A DNA stretch of 64,000 bases from Eledone cirrhosa (GCA_964016885.1 OZ024756.1:18476001-18540000); one strand, 5' to 3'; counted from the stretch's first letter, positions 1-13,080 are shown. The notes: generated by a model not told the origin, from the letters alone. Program-made: numbers and translations.

Positions 1-1
1 C

Positions 2-27
2 CTGATGAGAACCAGATAAGTTCTAAA
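2..27 (+). ncRNA. Degenerate hammerhead core, truncated by the window edge
   Basis: CTGATGA, then stem II GAAC-cagataa-GTTC, then TAAA in place of GAAA. Stem I would lie outside the window. Followed by (CT)n/(TA)n. Confidence 0.3.
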
Positions 28-208
28 TTCATTGACGATTGTCCCCCTTGCTTCTGCTGGACACCACCAGAGGGTGATAGCCCGGCGTTTTATGCATAGC
101 GACGGCTTTCTAAATTTTTATCTATGAATATACCTTGTTTCTTTAGAAATACGAAATTATAATACATATCTATATACAGCTATGCCTGAAGCTAAATCCT
201 AATTTTAT

Positions 209-252
<44 letters not shown>

Positions 253-345
253 CTCTATAATATATATAGATGTATGCTTATCTATATATATAATATATAT
301 AGATGTATGCTTATATATATATATATATATATATATAGATGTATG

Positions 346-381
<36 letters not shown>

Positions 382-389
382 TGTATGCT

Positions 390-427
<38 letters not shown>

Positions 428-443
428 GATGTATGCTTACATA

Positions 444-479
<36 letters not shown>

Positions 480-489
480 GATGTATGCT

Positions 490-521
<32 letters not shown>

Positions 522-531
522 GATGTATGCT

Positions 532-565
<34 letters not shown>

Positions 566-749
566 GATGTATGCTTATATACATATATATATATATATAT
601 ATACATAAATACATCATATATATACATACATACATACATAAATACATCATATGTATATATATATACACATACATACATAAATACATCATATGTATATATA
701 TACATACATAAATACATCATATGTATATATATACATACATAAATACATC

Positions 750-796
<47 letters not shown>

Positions 797-907
797 TATA
801 CATACATAAATACATCATATGTATATATATATATATACACATACATAAATACATCATATATACACATACATAAATACATCATATATATACATACATATAT
901 ATATATA

Positions 908-955
<48 letters not shown>

Positions 956-995
956 TATTCATATATGTATATATATATATACACATATACATAAT

Positions 996-1026
<31 letters not shown>

Positions 1027-1076
1027 CATATATATATATGATGTATTTATATATATATATATATATATATATGATG

Positions 1077-1123
<47 letters not shown>

Positions 1124-1140
1124 TATATATATATATATGT
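209..1140. repeat. (CT)n followed by compound (TA)n/(TACA)n microsatellite
   Basis: Direct reading. AGATGTATGCTT and TAAATACATC spacers recur between the TA runs. Confidence 0.95.
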
Positions 1141-1352
1141 GTGTACCCCCCTCCCCACATGTATGTATTATCTAGGTTTGTATATTTCCAACGACAACTC
1201 CATTAATGAACAGCCGTCCTCGCCAGACTCTCTATTATTAATGTCACCTCGCAATCAACACACATTGACAACACCTAACCTTGAAATAACCACAGACTGA
1301 CATAACCTGCTAACAGACTCTTCATTGGTGTAAGTCACATACCTGACATGCT

Positions 1353-2440
1353 GGGGTGGTGGTGGTGGTGGTGTGGTGGTGGTGTGGTGGTGGTGGTGTG
1401 GTGGTGGTGTGGTGGTAATGTGGTGGTGGTTGTGTGGTGGTGGTGGTGGTGGTAGTGTGGTGGTGGTGGTGGTAATGTGGTGGTGGTTGTGTGGTGGTAG
1501 TGTGGTGGTGTGGTGGTGGTGGTGGTAGTGTGGTGGTGGTGGTAGTGTGGTGGTGGTTGTGTGGTGGTGGTGGTAGTGTGGTGGAGTGGTGGTGGTGGTA
1601 GTGTGGTGGTGGTTGTGTGGTGGTGGTAGTGTGGTGGTGGTGGTAGTGTGGTGGTTGTGGTGGTGGTGGTAGTAGTGTGGTGGTGGTGGTGGTGATGGCG
1701 GGGCTAGTGTGGTGGCAGGCGTAGTGTGGGTGGTGGTAGTTCAGGTGGTGGTAGTGACGGGGGTAGTGTGGTGGTAGTGGTGGTGGTGGGGGTAGTGTGG
1801 TGGTGGTGGTGGTGGTGGGTGTGGTGGTGGTGGTAGTACTGGAGGTGGTGGTGGTGGTAGTGGAGGTGTGGTAGGGGGTGGCGGCATTGGGCAGGGGAGA
1901 GCATAGGAGAGCGGAGAAAAGCAGGATGGAGAAGAGCAGAGGACGGGGGAGAAGAGAGGGGAGAGCATAGTAGTGGGGAGTAGGAGTAGTGTAGAACAGG
2001 GGAGAATGGAGAAGAGGGGAGAGTAATGGAGGACAGAGGAGGGGAGAGTAATGGGGAGCAGGGGAGAGCAGTGGTGCGCGTAGGAAAGCAAGCGAGAGGA
2101 GGGAAGAGCAGTGAGGAAAAGGGGAGAGCAGTGGGGAGAAGATGAGAGCGCAGGGGAGAGCAGTGGAGAGAAGGGGAGAGCAGATGAGAGCGCAGAGGAA
2201 GCAGGTGAGAGGAGGAGAGAGAAGGGGAGAGCAGTAGGGAGCAGATGAGAGCGCAGAGGAAGCAGGTGAGAGGAGGAGAGAGAAGGGGGGAGCAGATGAG
2301 AGGAGGAGAGAGCAGTGGAGAGAAGAGGTGAGCAGGCGAATTGAGGTGAATAGGGCAGAGGTTAGCAGGGCAGGGCAGAGCACAGGAGAGCCGAGGCGAG
2401 CAGTGGAGAGCAGGAGCAGGGGAACTGGAGTGAGCAGGGC
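1353..2440. repeat. (GGT)n-derived repeat followed by a purine-rich GGAGAGCAG-type repeat
   Basis: Direct reading; low complexity. Confidence 0.9.
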
Positions 2441-2717
2441 ATAGAAGAGCAGAGCTTACTCAAGAAGGCAGAGCAGAGTCAGGCACAGTTTATGTAGTAA
2501 AGAGAGTCTCTAGTTGATTGCTGCTGTTTAGAATAAGAGCTCCCCGTCACCCCCACCCTACCCGCATCCCCACCCCACCATCACCCCCACCACCACCACT
2601 TCTCATTTAACCGCCATTTATTTAATTGATAAATTGACCCAAGTCATTACAAAAGAATTTCTTAAGATTACAGTTAATGTTATTATCATTATCTTTCGTC
2701 TTTCAATGTTATTTATA

Positions 2718-3098
2718 GTTGTCATCAGAGCGTTCGTCATCTTACAGTTGCTGTTGTTGTTGTTGTTGTTGTTGTTGTTGTCATCAGAGCGTTCGTCATC
2801 TTACAGTTGCTGTTGTTGTTGTTGTTGTTGTTGATGTTGTCATCAGAGCGTTCGTCATTTTACAGATGATGATGATGTTGTTGTTGTTGTTGTTGTTGTT
2901 GTTGTCGTTGATGGCGTTGATGATGTTGTTACTGTTGTTGTTGTTGTTGTTACTGTTGTTGTTGTTACTGTTGTTGTTGATGTTGTTACTGTTGTTGTTG
3001 TTGTTACTGTTGTTGTTGTTGATGGCGTTGATGATGTTGTTACTGTTGTTGTTGTTGTTACTGTTGTTGTTACTGTTGTTGTTGTTACTTGTTGTTAC
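2718..3098. repeat. (GTT)n with recurring GTCATCAGAGCGTTCGTCAT(C/T)TTACAG units
   Basis: The unit occurs three times here and again at about 3614. Confidence 0.85.
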
Positions 3099-3258
3099 TT
3101 GTAAGCGGGTGGATACCCCAAACTTTGTGACCGCAACTGTTCCTGTAATTGAATGGGCCAACCTTGTCACACACTGTGTCATGCTGAATCTCCCTGTGAA
3201 TTACACAAAAGAGTACACGTGTCTGTCGAATGTTCAATCACTTACACTGTGATATAAT

Positions 3259-3438
3259 TGTTTCTACTTTAGGCACAAGGCCAGCAATTACCCAGTGCAT
3301 TACTGGTACTTTATTTTATCGACCCCGTAAGGATGAAAGGCAAAGTCAACCTCGGCGGGATTTGAACTCAGATCGTAAAGGGACGTAACTATGCTGGAAA
3401 GCATGGCGTCCGACCCTCTACCGATACTGCCAATCCAC
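3259..3438 (-). mobile_element. tRNA-derived SINE (family 1) with 15-bp TSD
   Basis: B-box-like GAGTTCAAATCC on the minus strand. TSD ACACTGTGATATAAT at 3244-3258 and 3439-3453. Many copies in the window. Confidence 0.85.
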
Positions 3439-3474
3439 ACACTGTGATATAATACAAGATGGAATGGACCGTAC

Positions 3475-5490
3475 GTTGACCCCACTATTCACAGCTCTAG
3501 AGAGTCAAGTAGTGGCCCCTACTTACATCACACTACTAAAGGATTTTTACAGTGGTGCTACAACCACTCTCAGATTACACCAAGATGTTGCCGATGTTGT
3601 TGTTGTTGATGTTGTCATCAGAGCGTTCGTCATTTTACAGTTGTTGATGATGATGTTGATGTTGTTGCTGAGAGGAGCGGAGAGAAGGGGAGAGCAGTGA
3701 GGCGAAGAGGAGAGCAGTGGGGAGCAGATGAGAGCGCAGAGGAAAGCAGGTGAGAGGAGGGGAGAGCAGTGGAGAGAAGGGGGGAGCAGATGAGAGCGCA
3801 GAGGAAAGCAGGTGAGAGGAGGGGAGAGAAGGGGAGAGCAGTGGAGAGAAGGGGAGAGCGCAGAGGAAAGCAGGTGAGAGGAGGGGAGAGCAGTGGAGAG
3901 AAGGGGGAGCAGATGAGAGCGCAGAGGAAAGCAGGTGAGAGGAGGGGAGAGAAGGGGAGAGCAGTGGAGAGAAGGGGAGAGCGCAGAGGAAAGCAGGTGA
4001 GAGGAGGGGAGAGCAGTGGAGAGAAGGGGAGAGCAGTGGGGAGCAGATGAGAGCGCAGAGGAAAGCAGGTGAGAGGAGGGGAGAGAAGGGGAGAGCAGTG
4101 GGGAGCAGATGAGAGCGCAGAGGAAAGCAGGTGAGAGGAGGGGAGAGCAGTGGAGAGAAGGGGAGAGCAGCGGGGAGCAGATGAGAGCGCAGATTAAGTT
4201 AGAAAGGGGAGCAGGACAAGGAGACAACATTTCTCCGAGAACGTTTGCATCTTGTTTACAAGACACCATCATCAATGAAGTTAACTAGGTGAACAAGAGT
4301 TTCAACATAGACTAGTAGAAAAAACCACCCCCGGATGATTTTCTGCTAGCATGTGTAGTGTGTATATTGATATTATACGCAGGTATATATACATGTAGAT
4401 ATGATACATCAAATAAAATCGTAATTGACAATATACATAGAAATTGAACGAAGACTGTGTTACACTGGCTTATTTAATCAGTAACGTAATCCATGATACA
4501 TTAAAAAAAAGGACGATATTATTTATAAACTGCATTAGGAGAAAATTAATTGTTTCTACTTTAGGCACAAGGCCAGCAATTACCCAGTGCATGGAAAATT
4601 AGTATGTTTATTTAAGCGATCGCCACCAGAAGTGTTGACATTTCAGAAATTTTAAAGAAGTGAATCTTTAAATAAACAAAATATATTTAATGAACAGCCA
4701 CGAAATTTAGTAGATAAATTATGTAATATTCATTCATTACGGGGTCGATAAAATAAAGTACCAGTAATGCACTGGGTAATTGCTGGCCTTGTGCCAAACG
4801 TAGAAACAATTATTTATTCAAAGTAATCCAACTTATTTTACAAACGGGATAAAAAAAACAAAACATACGCAATCCCGCAGACCTTCCTTTATAGTTTTAG
4901 ATGGTGAACTCCTATGCTAACTAGACACCAGATGACATCATCCTAATAAAACCTAGGTCATGTTTAAGAGCCAACTTAACTGTCACCAGTTATTGTAAAT
5001 GGAAAGACTATAGAGGAAGTAGACAGTTATGTATATCTCTGAAAGAAGATTGCAAGAGACGTTGCCCTACATCCGGAGGTGAAAAGATGATTGTGCTTGG
5101 TTGGGCAGCTTTTGGAAAAGTTTATAACATCGTTAGAAGTTCCAAGTCAACAATCGAACCCCAAAGATAGCTGTTTAATGAATATATCCTGCCAGTGACG
5201 ACATAGGGAAGTGAGTATTGGGCACTCAACACCACGACTGCAAAGACTCTTGCAGTGGCACAACATAAAATGGAGCGAAGTAGGGCTCGGCATCACCTCA
5301 CGTGACAGGAAGAACAGCATCTAGATTCGACATCAGACTGGCGTGAAGGACATAATCGAGACCATCCAGAAGGGCAAACATAGATGGGCTGGCCATGTCT
5401 CTCGTCTCAGAGACAACAGGTGGACTATTAGAGTGACAGAGTGGACACCAAGGCAGTGGAGAAGAACCTGAGGGAGGCCAAAAGCCAGAG
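3475..5490 (+). pseudogene. RTE-clade LINE reverse transcriptase remnant, split by two insertions
   Basis: Collinear peptides YITLLKDFYSGATTTLRLHQD (to about 3586), IKLERGAGQGDNISP (about 4193), NIDGE..DDIIL, IEEVDSYVYL, RWAGHVSRLRDNRWTIRVTEWTPR. Stops and frameshifts present. Confidence 0.8.
4312..4901 (-). mobile_element. Non-autonomous Helitron inserted into the RTE
   Basis: Minus strand starts TC and ends in a hairpin plus CTAG. Inserted between A and T. Removing it restores aac ata gat ggt gaa (NIDGE). Related copy at about 20088-20660. Confidence 0.8.
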
Positions 5491-5599
5491 TTAGAAATTG
5501 GTGGAGGTCAACCAGGGTCGGGGTTTACTCCAACAGGAGCGAGAAGCCCCTGGATTTTGGATTTTCCTTTTTAGACCGTATTTATAATTAAAAGGGCCA

Positions 5600-5740
5600 G
5601 CTTTGTCACAAGCCCTGAGAATTGCGTTATGTATACACGTGTCTGTGGCATTCTCAGTCACGTGCACCTTAATTTCACGAGGAGGCTGTTCTGTTGATCG
5701 ACCAACTGGAACAATGATCGTCGATATCGACGGAGATCCA
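5600..5740 (+). mobile_element. SINE family 2, 3' fragment (related piece at about 3100-3245)
   Basis: Shares TGTCACA...TACACGTGTCTGT with 3165-3228. Confidence 0.55.
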
Positions 5741-5867
5741 TTCCTATTCCTTTCCTGTTGTTGCTGTTTGTTTTCTGTTTGTTTTTACCTCCAAATATTT
5801 ATAGAAAAATATTTCACTTTGTTTATTTTATATTATTTCCGACATTTGTAGAGAAAAGGAAATTGGT

Positions 5868-6945
5868 TTGGCAGCAGTAGTAGAAGTAGTAGTAGTAACA
5901 TTAGTGGCAGTGGTGGTAATAGTAGTGGTGATAGTAGTGGTGGTGGTAGTGGTAGTAGCAGTAGTAGTGGTGGTAGTGGTAATGGTGGTAGTGGTGGCAG
6001 CAGTAGTAGCAGTAGTAGTAGTAGCATTAGTGGCAGTAGTGGTAATAGTAGTGGTGATAGTAGTGGTGGTGGTAGTGGTAGTAGCAGTAGTGGTGGTAGT
6101 GGTAATGGTGGTAGTGGTGGCAGCAGTAGTAGCAGTAGTAGTAGTAGCATTAGTGGCAGTAGTGGTAATAGTAGTGGTGATAGTAGTGGTGGTGGTAGTG
6201 GTAGTAGCAGTAGTAGTGGTGGTAGTGGTAATGGTGGTAGTGGTGGCAGCAGTAGTAGAAGTAGTAGTAGTAGCATTAGTGGCAGTAGTGGTAATAGTAG
6301 TGGTGATAGTAGTGGTGGTGGTAGTGGTAGTAGCAGTAGTGGTGGTAGTGGTAATGGTGGTAGTGGTGGCAGCAGTAGTAGAAGTAGTAGTAGTAGCATT
6401 AGTGGCAGTGGTGGTAATAGTAGTGGTGATAGTAGTGGTGGTGGTAGTGGTAGTAGCAGTAGTGGTGGTAGTGGTAATGGTGGTAGTGGTGGTAGCAGTA
6501 GTGGTAGTAGTAGTAGTAGCATTAGTGGCAGTAGTGGTAATAGTAGTGGTGATAGTAGTGGTGGTGGTAGTGGTAGTAGCAGTAGTAGTGGTAGTGGTAA
6601 TGGTGGTAGTGGTGGCAGCAGTAGTAGAAGTAGTAGTAGTAGCATTAGTGGCAGTGGTGGTAATAGTAGTGGTGATAGTAGTGGTGGTAGTAGTGGTAGT
6701 AGCAGTAGTAGTGGTGGTAGTGGTAATGGTGGTAGTGGTGGTAGCAGTAGTGGTAGTAGTAGTGGTGTTGGTAGTGGTAATAGTAGTGATAGTAATAGTG
6801 ATAGTGGCGGTAGTAGTAGTAGTGGTGGGGGTAGTAGCAGTAACAGTAGTAGTAATAACAGCAGTAGTAGTAGTAGCAACAGCAGTAGTGGCAGTAGTAG
6901 CAGCAGCAGTAGTAGTAGCAGTAGTAGTAACAGTAGTAGTAGTAG
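5868..6945. repeat. (GTA/GTG)n-based minisatellite, unit about 117-120 bp
   Basis: Recurring GCATTAGTGGCAG marker. Confidence 0.9.
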
Positions 6946-6949
6946 CTTC

Positions 6950-8295
6950 GTTACTAAGCATTTGTCCGCTAACGATTCTGCCAATCCGCTGCCCTTTAAC
7001 CGACATTGGGGAGAGCAGAAAGTCGACCCCTGTACATTACTGGTACTTTATTTTATCGACCCCGTAAGGATGAAAGGCAAAGTCAACCTCGGCGGGATTT
7101 GAACTCAGATCATAAAGGGCCGTAACTCTATGTTGCAAATAATAATAATAATAATAATTGTTTCTACTTTAGGCACAAGGCCAGCAATTACCCAGTGCAT
7201 TACTGGTACTTTATTTTATCGACCCCGTAAGGATGAAAGGCAAAGTCAACCTCGGCGGGATTTGAACTCAGATCGTAAAGGGACGTAACTATGCTGGAAA
7301 GCATGGCGTCCGACCCTCCACCGATACTGCCAATCCACCGCCCTCTAATAATAATAATAATAATAATAATTTCTATTATTTGCCACAAGGATATCGGATG
7401 AAGGTGACATTACAATGACAAGTTACAATCAGAAAAAGGTTAACAAGCGTATACATAGTATAGAGCTATGTAAGGTATTCGGCCCTCTAGAGAGCCTAAT
7501 GGCATGGTGTGGTCCCGTAACTCCTGATGGAGTCGTAGAGGCGCCGTAGTGGCGTACGGTGTTTCTTTTGTAAAGCCTGACGGAAACCATCTCCTCTTCA
7601 GGTTTGAACACAGCAAATTTCTTCCAGAGAAAGATTGGGAGTGTTGAGAGAGAAAGCGAGAAAGTGATATAGTGAAATAATCAACCCCAGTACTAAACTG
7701 GTACTCTTTTTTATCGACTTCGAAAGGATGAAAGGCAAAGTTGACCTCGGTGGGGTTTAAACTCAAAGAGCAGAGAGCCGTAATATTTTATCTGACGTTC
7801 TAACGACTCTGCCAATTCACCGATAATGAATGACTATATTTTTGCATGCATGGTCCCGTAACTCCTGAGGGAGTCGTTTGGACACCATATTGACATACGA
7901 CGTTTCTAGGGCATTTAAAAAAACCCCGACAGATTCCATCTCCTTTCCAGGTCTGAATACAGCAGATTTCTTCCAGAGAAGGTTAGAAAGTGAGCGAATG
8001 GAAGTGAGAAAGAGATATAAAAGAAGAATCGACCCCAGTACTAAACTGGTATATTTTTTTATCGACTTCGAAAGGATGAAAGGTAAAGTTGATCTCGGTG
8101 GGATTTGAACTCTGAGAGTTGACAGCCAGAACAAATACCACAAAGCAATATATCCGACGTTCTAACGACCCTGTCAAATTGTATTAATAGACTCAAGGAT
8201 AACGATCATAGAAAAAAAGAATGAAGACCATCCCTGGGTTGATTAGTGCTTTTTGGGTGGAATTTGGTAGATGGAAATCTACAAAAGCCCTTGTG

Positions 8296-8331
<36 letters not shown>

Positions 8332-8670
8332 ACTGCTATTTTTTTTATCGGCCTCGAATGGATGGAAGGCAAAGTTGACCTCGGCGGGATTTGAACTCAG
8401 ATAGCAGTATGACGGAACAAATACCATAAAGCATTCTATTCGACGTTCTAACAACCCTGCCAAATTGTATTAATAGACTCAAGGATAACGAGCATAGAAA
8501 AAAAGAATGAAGACCATCCCTGGGTTGACCAATGCTTTTTGGGTGGAATTTGGTAGATGGAAATCTACAAAAGCTCGGTGGGATTTGAACTCAGAGAGCA
8601 GAGAGCCGGAATGAATACCGCAAAACATTCTATCGAACATTCTAACTACTCTGCCAATTCGTCGCCTATA
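6950..8670 (-). mobile_element. Cluster of family 1 SINE copies, some with an extended tail
   Basis: The core TCGACCCCGTAAGGATGAAAGGCAAAGTCAACCTCGGCGGGATTTGAACTCAG recurs at about 7055, 7218, 7715, 8062, 8348 and (partly) 8575. The extended segment GGTCCCGTAACTCCTGA recurs at 7511 and 7852, and inverted at about 34300. Confidence 0.85.
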
Positions 8671-8710
8671 GAGAGCTGAATAGCTGAGGGTAATTGAGAA
8701 ACCCCCCACA

Positions 8711-9029
8711 CAGGGCCTGATTTAATGGGAGAAGGGGACAAAGGTGACAATTGCCCCGGGCCTCCTGCAATGGGGGATCCCACCAGCGACGGGCGTAGAA
8801 ATTTATTTGTGCCCTCGGCTGGGTTTTTTGGTTTTAAGATGGTTAGAATGTTTTGAATTTAATACCTGTATGTAAAACTTTTCAATTCCAATTACTTGCG
8901 CCAAGCTAACTTTGATATGTAAAATTGGGAGGTGGGTTGGGTGTTGCTGTGTATTCTCATTGTTTGTGTATGAGAGGCCTTCCCAAACCTGAAGCATCCC
9001 GGGCCCACAAAGGTCGAAATCCAACCCTG
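8711..9029. mobile_element. hAT-type MITE
   Basis: TIRs CAGGGCCTGATTT / AAATCCAACCCTG. 8-bp TSD CCCCCACA at 8703-8710 and 9030-9037. Confidence 0.8.
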
Positions 9030-9331
9030 CCCCCACACACAGATCCACAGTTACGCTGACCACGAAAGACGAATGCTCTCACCCAGCTCTCGTTGTCCGA
9101 TTTACAGACACAAGCTGAGAATAGCAAACTCATTCACTGTTGCCATTTTCGTTACTTTCACCCAGTTTTTGGTAAATTAACTGTTGGAGAAAATAACAGC
9201 CTATTGACTTCGTCTGCTCCTCTTGTTTATTATTTTAGTAGTTTACCGTTGAATAAGAAAGGCTAAATAGCTTGGCTGCTCTACAACAACAACAAAAGAA
9301 ACTAACAAACAGATAAAGAAGAAAACAATAC

Positions 9332-9585
9332 TTAAACGCTTGTTCCACCCCACCCGGATTTCTGTTGAGATTTGTAATTTAGCTTGAAATAAACCTTCCC
9401 ACTTGAAATATATTCACCACTGGAGGAGGATGTTTTTGGGTTGTGAGTGGTTGTTGTTGTAGTTGCGGTTGTTGTTGTTGTTGTTGTTGTTGCATGTGGT
9501 GGAGGTGTAATATTTTTCGATTCCCCATGACCGATTATAGAATAACTCGGTGGGCCACTCTCTGATGACGTCATATCACTATTGG
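9332..9585 (-). CDS. Candidate terminal exon of an unidentified host gene (ends ...GWGGTSV*)
   Basis: Acceptor ttttcgttcgtcAG, open frame to the stop, phase compatible with the candidate exon at 9984-10061. Confidence 0.3.
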
Positions 9586-9983
9586 CTGACGAACGAAAAT
9601 ATAGTTGGTATTTCACTGTTGGTGTGGTGTTGTGTTGTTTGGCGTGGAGTGGTGTTGTGTGGTCTTGTGTGTAGTGGTGGTGGTGGTAATGTCAATTGTG
9701 GCAATGGTGGTGTTGGTAGTAGTGGTGGTGGTGGTAATGGTGGTGCTGGTGGTAAGGTCAGTTGTGGTAATGTCAGTTGTGGTAATGTCAGTTGTGGTAA
9801 TGTTGGTAGCAGTGGTGTTGGTAGTATTGGTGGTAATATCAGTGGTGGCAATGGTAGTGTTGGTAGTAGTGGTGGTGGTGGTAATGCAATGGTGGTGTTG
9901 GTAGTAGTAGTAGTAGTGGTGGTGGTGGTGGTGGTGTTGATGGAATTCGAGAAAGTTCCCCACTGAAGTTAACAAAGACTTAC

Positions 9984-10061
9984 AAAGTCTGACAACAGAA
10001 ATGACTCGTAAAACATTGAAGACCCTTAAAGTATACCAACCATCAGTGAAGTCATTCTTCC
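9984..10061 (-). CDS. Candidate 78-nt exon (KNDFTDGWYTLRVFNVLRVISVVRL)
   Basis: Strong donor T|GTAAGT, weak acceptor, phase 1-1. Confidence 0.3.
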
Positions 10062-10353
10062 CTTTATGTATATATATCGAATAGGCTTTGTAGCCGGTAA
10101 AACCTAAAGAGAAGCAACACACATCGCTATAGCGTTTCACCAGCCCCTTTTTTTCTGTTGTCTGTATTTGTTTATGTATTTATGTGTATATAACTAAAGT
10201 ATAACCTATGTTACGAATGGACGACTAAATGATTTTAACTTGTTTTTTTAAAAAAATAATTGATGGTGGAAAAGATTTGAAATTGTCTGAACAATTGTCT
10301 TAACTCAGGCCGAAACTCTGGTGTCTGACACTCTTACCGGTTACATGGCCTCT

Positions 10354-10397
<44 letters not shown>

Positions 10398-10400
<3 letters not shown>

Positions 10401-10594
10401 CAGCGAAATCGTATTTCGGCTGTGGTCAAAAACAAAGCGAAACGCAATTTTCGAGATATTCGGGAAGAGCTCAATGGACTAAAAGAAGACCAGAGCAATT
10501 AACATACGTTATAGAGGCCAGACAAATTGAAAACGGGGGTCATGAAGCTATCAGCCACCGGAGCCAAGAAAACGAAGCAAGCTAAACAGGTTAA
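10398..10594 (+). mobile_element. TA-flanked dispersed repeat; inverted copy at about 27350-27560
   Basis: TTTCAGCGAAATCGTATTTCGGCTGTGGTCAAAAACAAAGCGAAACGC is the near-exact reverse complement of about 27511-27559. Both copies lie in (TA)n. Confidence 0.75.
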
Positions 10595-10836
10595 TATATA
10601 TATATCTACTATAGTTCATAGTAATGGTTCGGCTACTGTCTTTTTAACACCCCACTCCTCACTGATTAACCTCGATGTCACGTGATTGATTCTTTTGAAT
10701 TTGCCACCGACCAAGTAGGCAGTGATTTTTTCAATGTCTTGGAATTTAGTCCACGCTTGCTTTTTTCCATCCATTGAATTATTTTTGTATAAGTTCCCTG
10801 TGTCCACGCATCGCCTGGTAACTTAGCTGAGAACAG

Positions 10837-10919
10837 ACTTCCTGATGACGAAATGGCTTCTCCATGCTTTCCATTTGGAAACCATGTTTATTCCCTTTCA
10901 GAAACTAATTAGTTGGAGT
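10837..10919 (+). ncRNA. Type I hammerhead ribozyme motif
   Basis: Stem I ACTTC/GGAGT; core CTGATGA; stem II GAAATGG/CCCTTTC; GAA; palindromic stem III ACTAATTAGT; GUU cleavage triplet. Confidence 0.7.
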
Positions 10920-10987
10920 GAAATTTTAGTAAGTAAGTTAATTTTTATAATTTTCTTATTTTACGTCTTTCATATATATATATATAT

Positions 10988-11087
10988 AGGAACGAGTAGG
11001 ACCCCGACGGCTGAGCTCAAGCCGTTTCGACGGCTAATTCTGGACTAATTATGGTCCATCTGGTTCCTTACCACACTTCCTTCGTTA
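10988..11087. mobile_element. Rearranged copy of a TA-targeting family carrying the 3' half of an HHR
   Basis: GAAACGGCT-TGAGCTC-AGCCGTC-GGGGTC on the minus strand. Relatives at about 15355, 16580-16732, 21010-21080, 28697-28896, 32510 and 54278-54400. Confidence 0.7.
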
Positions 11088-11734
11088 TATATATATATAT
11101 ATATATAGAAGAAACAAGGGGCTATGTGGTTACTTAATAAAATGTATTTAGAAATAAAAGGAAAGCACAAACAAGGTCCCCTTTTCAGTTGTCTGCTGGA
11201 AGTCTCCGACATTTCAACGCATTATATATATATATATATATATATATGTAGATAAATCTACCAAGAGATCCCGCCCACACATATATATACGTGTGTGTGT
11301 ATGTATGTATGTATGTAATGTATATGCACTGTATGTAATGTGTGTAACGTTTATGCATGAATGAATTGATAAATAAATAGATTTATGAATGAAGCAATGA
11401 CGATTGTTAAAGGCGGGGAAAAGCAAGTTACAGTTTATGTATTGGGTGTTCGACGTAAACCTGTTATGTAGGTAGGTGGCTGGTCGTTGGTGTAATGTTT
11501 AAGTTCTGTTCTGTAGAGATGAATGCCCCACACCTTGTGTCGGCTTGTCATCAAATACCGTGCACTCCCAGCTGCCATATAATCTAAGGCGCGTGTCTTC
11601 TGTAATCTAGTCTGCTTTTAGTTTTCTGCTTCTGCTGTTGTTTACGTTGTTGTTGTTGTTGTTGTTGTTGTTGCAGTTGTTGTCATGGACGAATTGTTAA
11701 GAAGTTCGCTTTGTGATCATTAGGTCTCGGGCTG

Positions 11735-11850
11735 GATGCGTGGTTTAGTGATTAAGGCGTTGAACCTCACTACTACAATGTCATGGGTTCGATATCTGGT
11801 GTGGGCAACGCGCTGTGTACTTGAGCAAGAGGTTTTCATTTCACGTTGCT
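11735..11850 (+). mobile_element. tRNA-derived SINE head (second type); minus-strand relative at about 12340-12610
   Basis: A box TGGTTTAGTG, B box GGTTCGATATC, conserved CTTGAGCAAG..TTTCACGTTGCT. Confidence 0.6.
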
Positions 11851-12614
11851 TTTCCTAAAAGGACTGACGACCCCTGTCATTAAAACGTCTGAGAAACTGG
11901 GTCCCTATCATTAACATGCCTGAGAAACTGGGCCCCCTATCGTTAAAACGTCTGAGAAACTGGGGATTATTTCTTTTTTAGTTTGAGAACCCTACACTAA
12001 ATAGGCAGAGAACTGTCCTAGTGGTTAGAGAGTAGAATAAGACCCCCTGTGGTCAGTTCTGTTCGTCTTTTTGCACCCTGAGTTCATGTCCCACCAACAT
12101 CAACTTAGCTTTTCTTCCTCATGTGATTGATATCGACAAAATACAGCACAAGCCCAGGACAATCGATTGATGGAGTTGTTAGATCATTGGAGGAGATGAC
12201 ATGCATTATTCCTTCCGGATCTTCGTGTTCTGAGTTCGAATCCCACCTTACCTTATTTCGGTGGTATAGTTAACCCCCCCCCCCGATAAATACTACAATT
12301 TTGCCTAAATTTAACTAAAGATATTTGTTTTAGTTCCTTCATCATGGCTTAACTTGACTTATGATCGTAATATCGACGGTTCGATTCCTGGGCAGGCTGC
12401 TGCGTTGTTTTCTTGAACAAAACACTCAATTTCATGTTGCTCCAGTTCACTCAGCTGAGAGTGAGTACCAGCAGGCAGTAACTGGGGAGTTAAACTTACG
12501 ATAGACCAGCGTCCTATCCAGGGAGAGTCTTGTACTTTCAGTCGCTTAACGCCAAGGAAAACAGGGATAAGCACCGGCTTGATGAGCTTACGGCTTAGAA
12601 CAGACTTTAACGTA

Positions 12615-12799
12615 CCGTATTTCCAGGTGCCGAAGAAACTTCATCCTCGAGGGCGCATCATAATTTTGACAACCAAAAATTTGAAAAAAAAAAAGAAAAA
12701 AATTATTAAAATAAACCACCTTCGGCCTCCAGGGCGCATGGTAGATTTTTGAGACTTAATTTAGGCAAAAAATAGCGTCTTGGACGCCGGGAAATACGG
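12615..12799. mobile_element. pogo/Tigger-type MITE
   Basis: TA|CCGTATTTCC ... GGAAATACGG|TA; TA TSD. Confidence 0.8.
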
Positions 12800-13080
12800 T
12801 AATTAACTTAACTAAATCAGAGAAGAAAAGCGGCGACCGTGACCCTTTTAAGGACCTCCAAGAATGATGACGAGGGGATGGGGGGGGGGGGGGGAGGAGG
12901 AGGAGTGGGGGGAGAGGAGGAATTGTCTTTGTATTAGAGACGCGGCCTGAATACCTATAACAGAGTGGACTCCACTGAAGGCGCCCACGACCTGATGTCA
13001 TCGGCATTATCGTCGTTGTTATCGCTGTCGTCATCATGGTGATGATGATAACGATCATCATCATCATCATCATCATCATG

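Noticed and set aside
1176-1300. Plus-strand candidate exon (GLYISNDNSINEQP...TTD*)
   Set aside because: Only a modest acceptor, no recognisable homology and no partner exon.
3259-3438. SINE heads as tRNA genes
   Set aside because: A/B-box-like motifs only, no cloverleaf, multi-copy with tails and TSDs.
9562-9600. CTGATGA-CGTCA..TGACG-AACGAAA as a hammerhead
   Set aside because: No stem I or stem III partner, and the GAAA register is wrong.
10283-10330. GAAACTCTGGTGTC-TGACA as a hammerhead
   Set aside because: Only the 3' half is recognisable.
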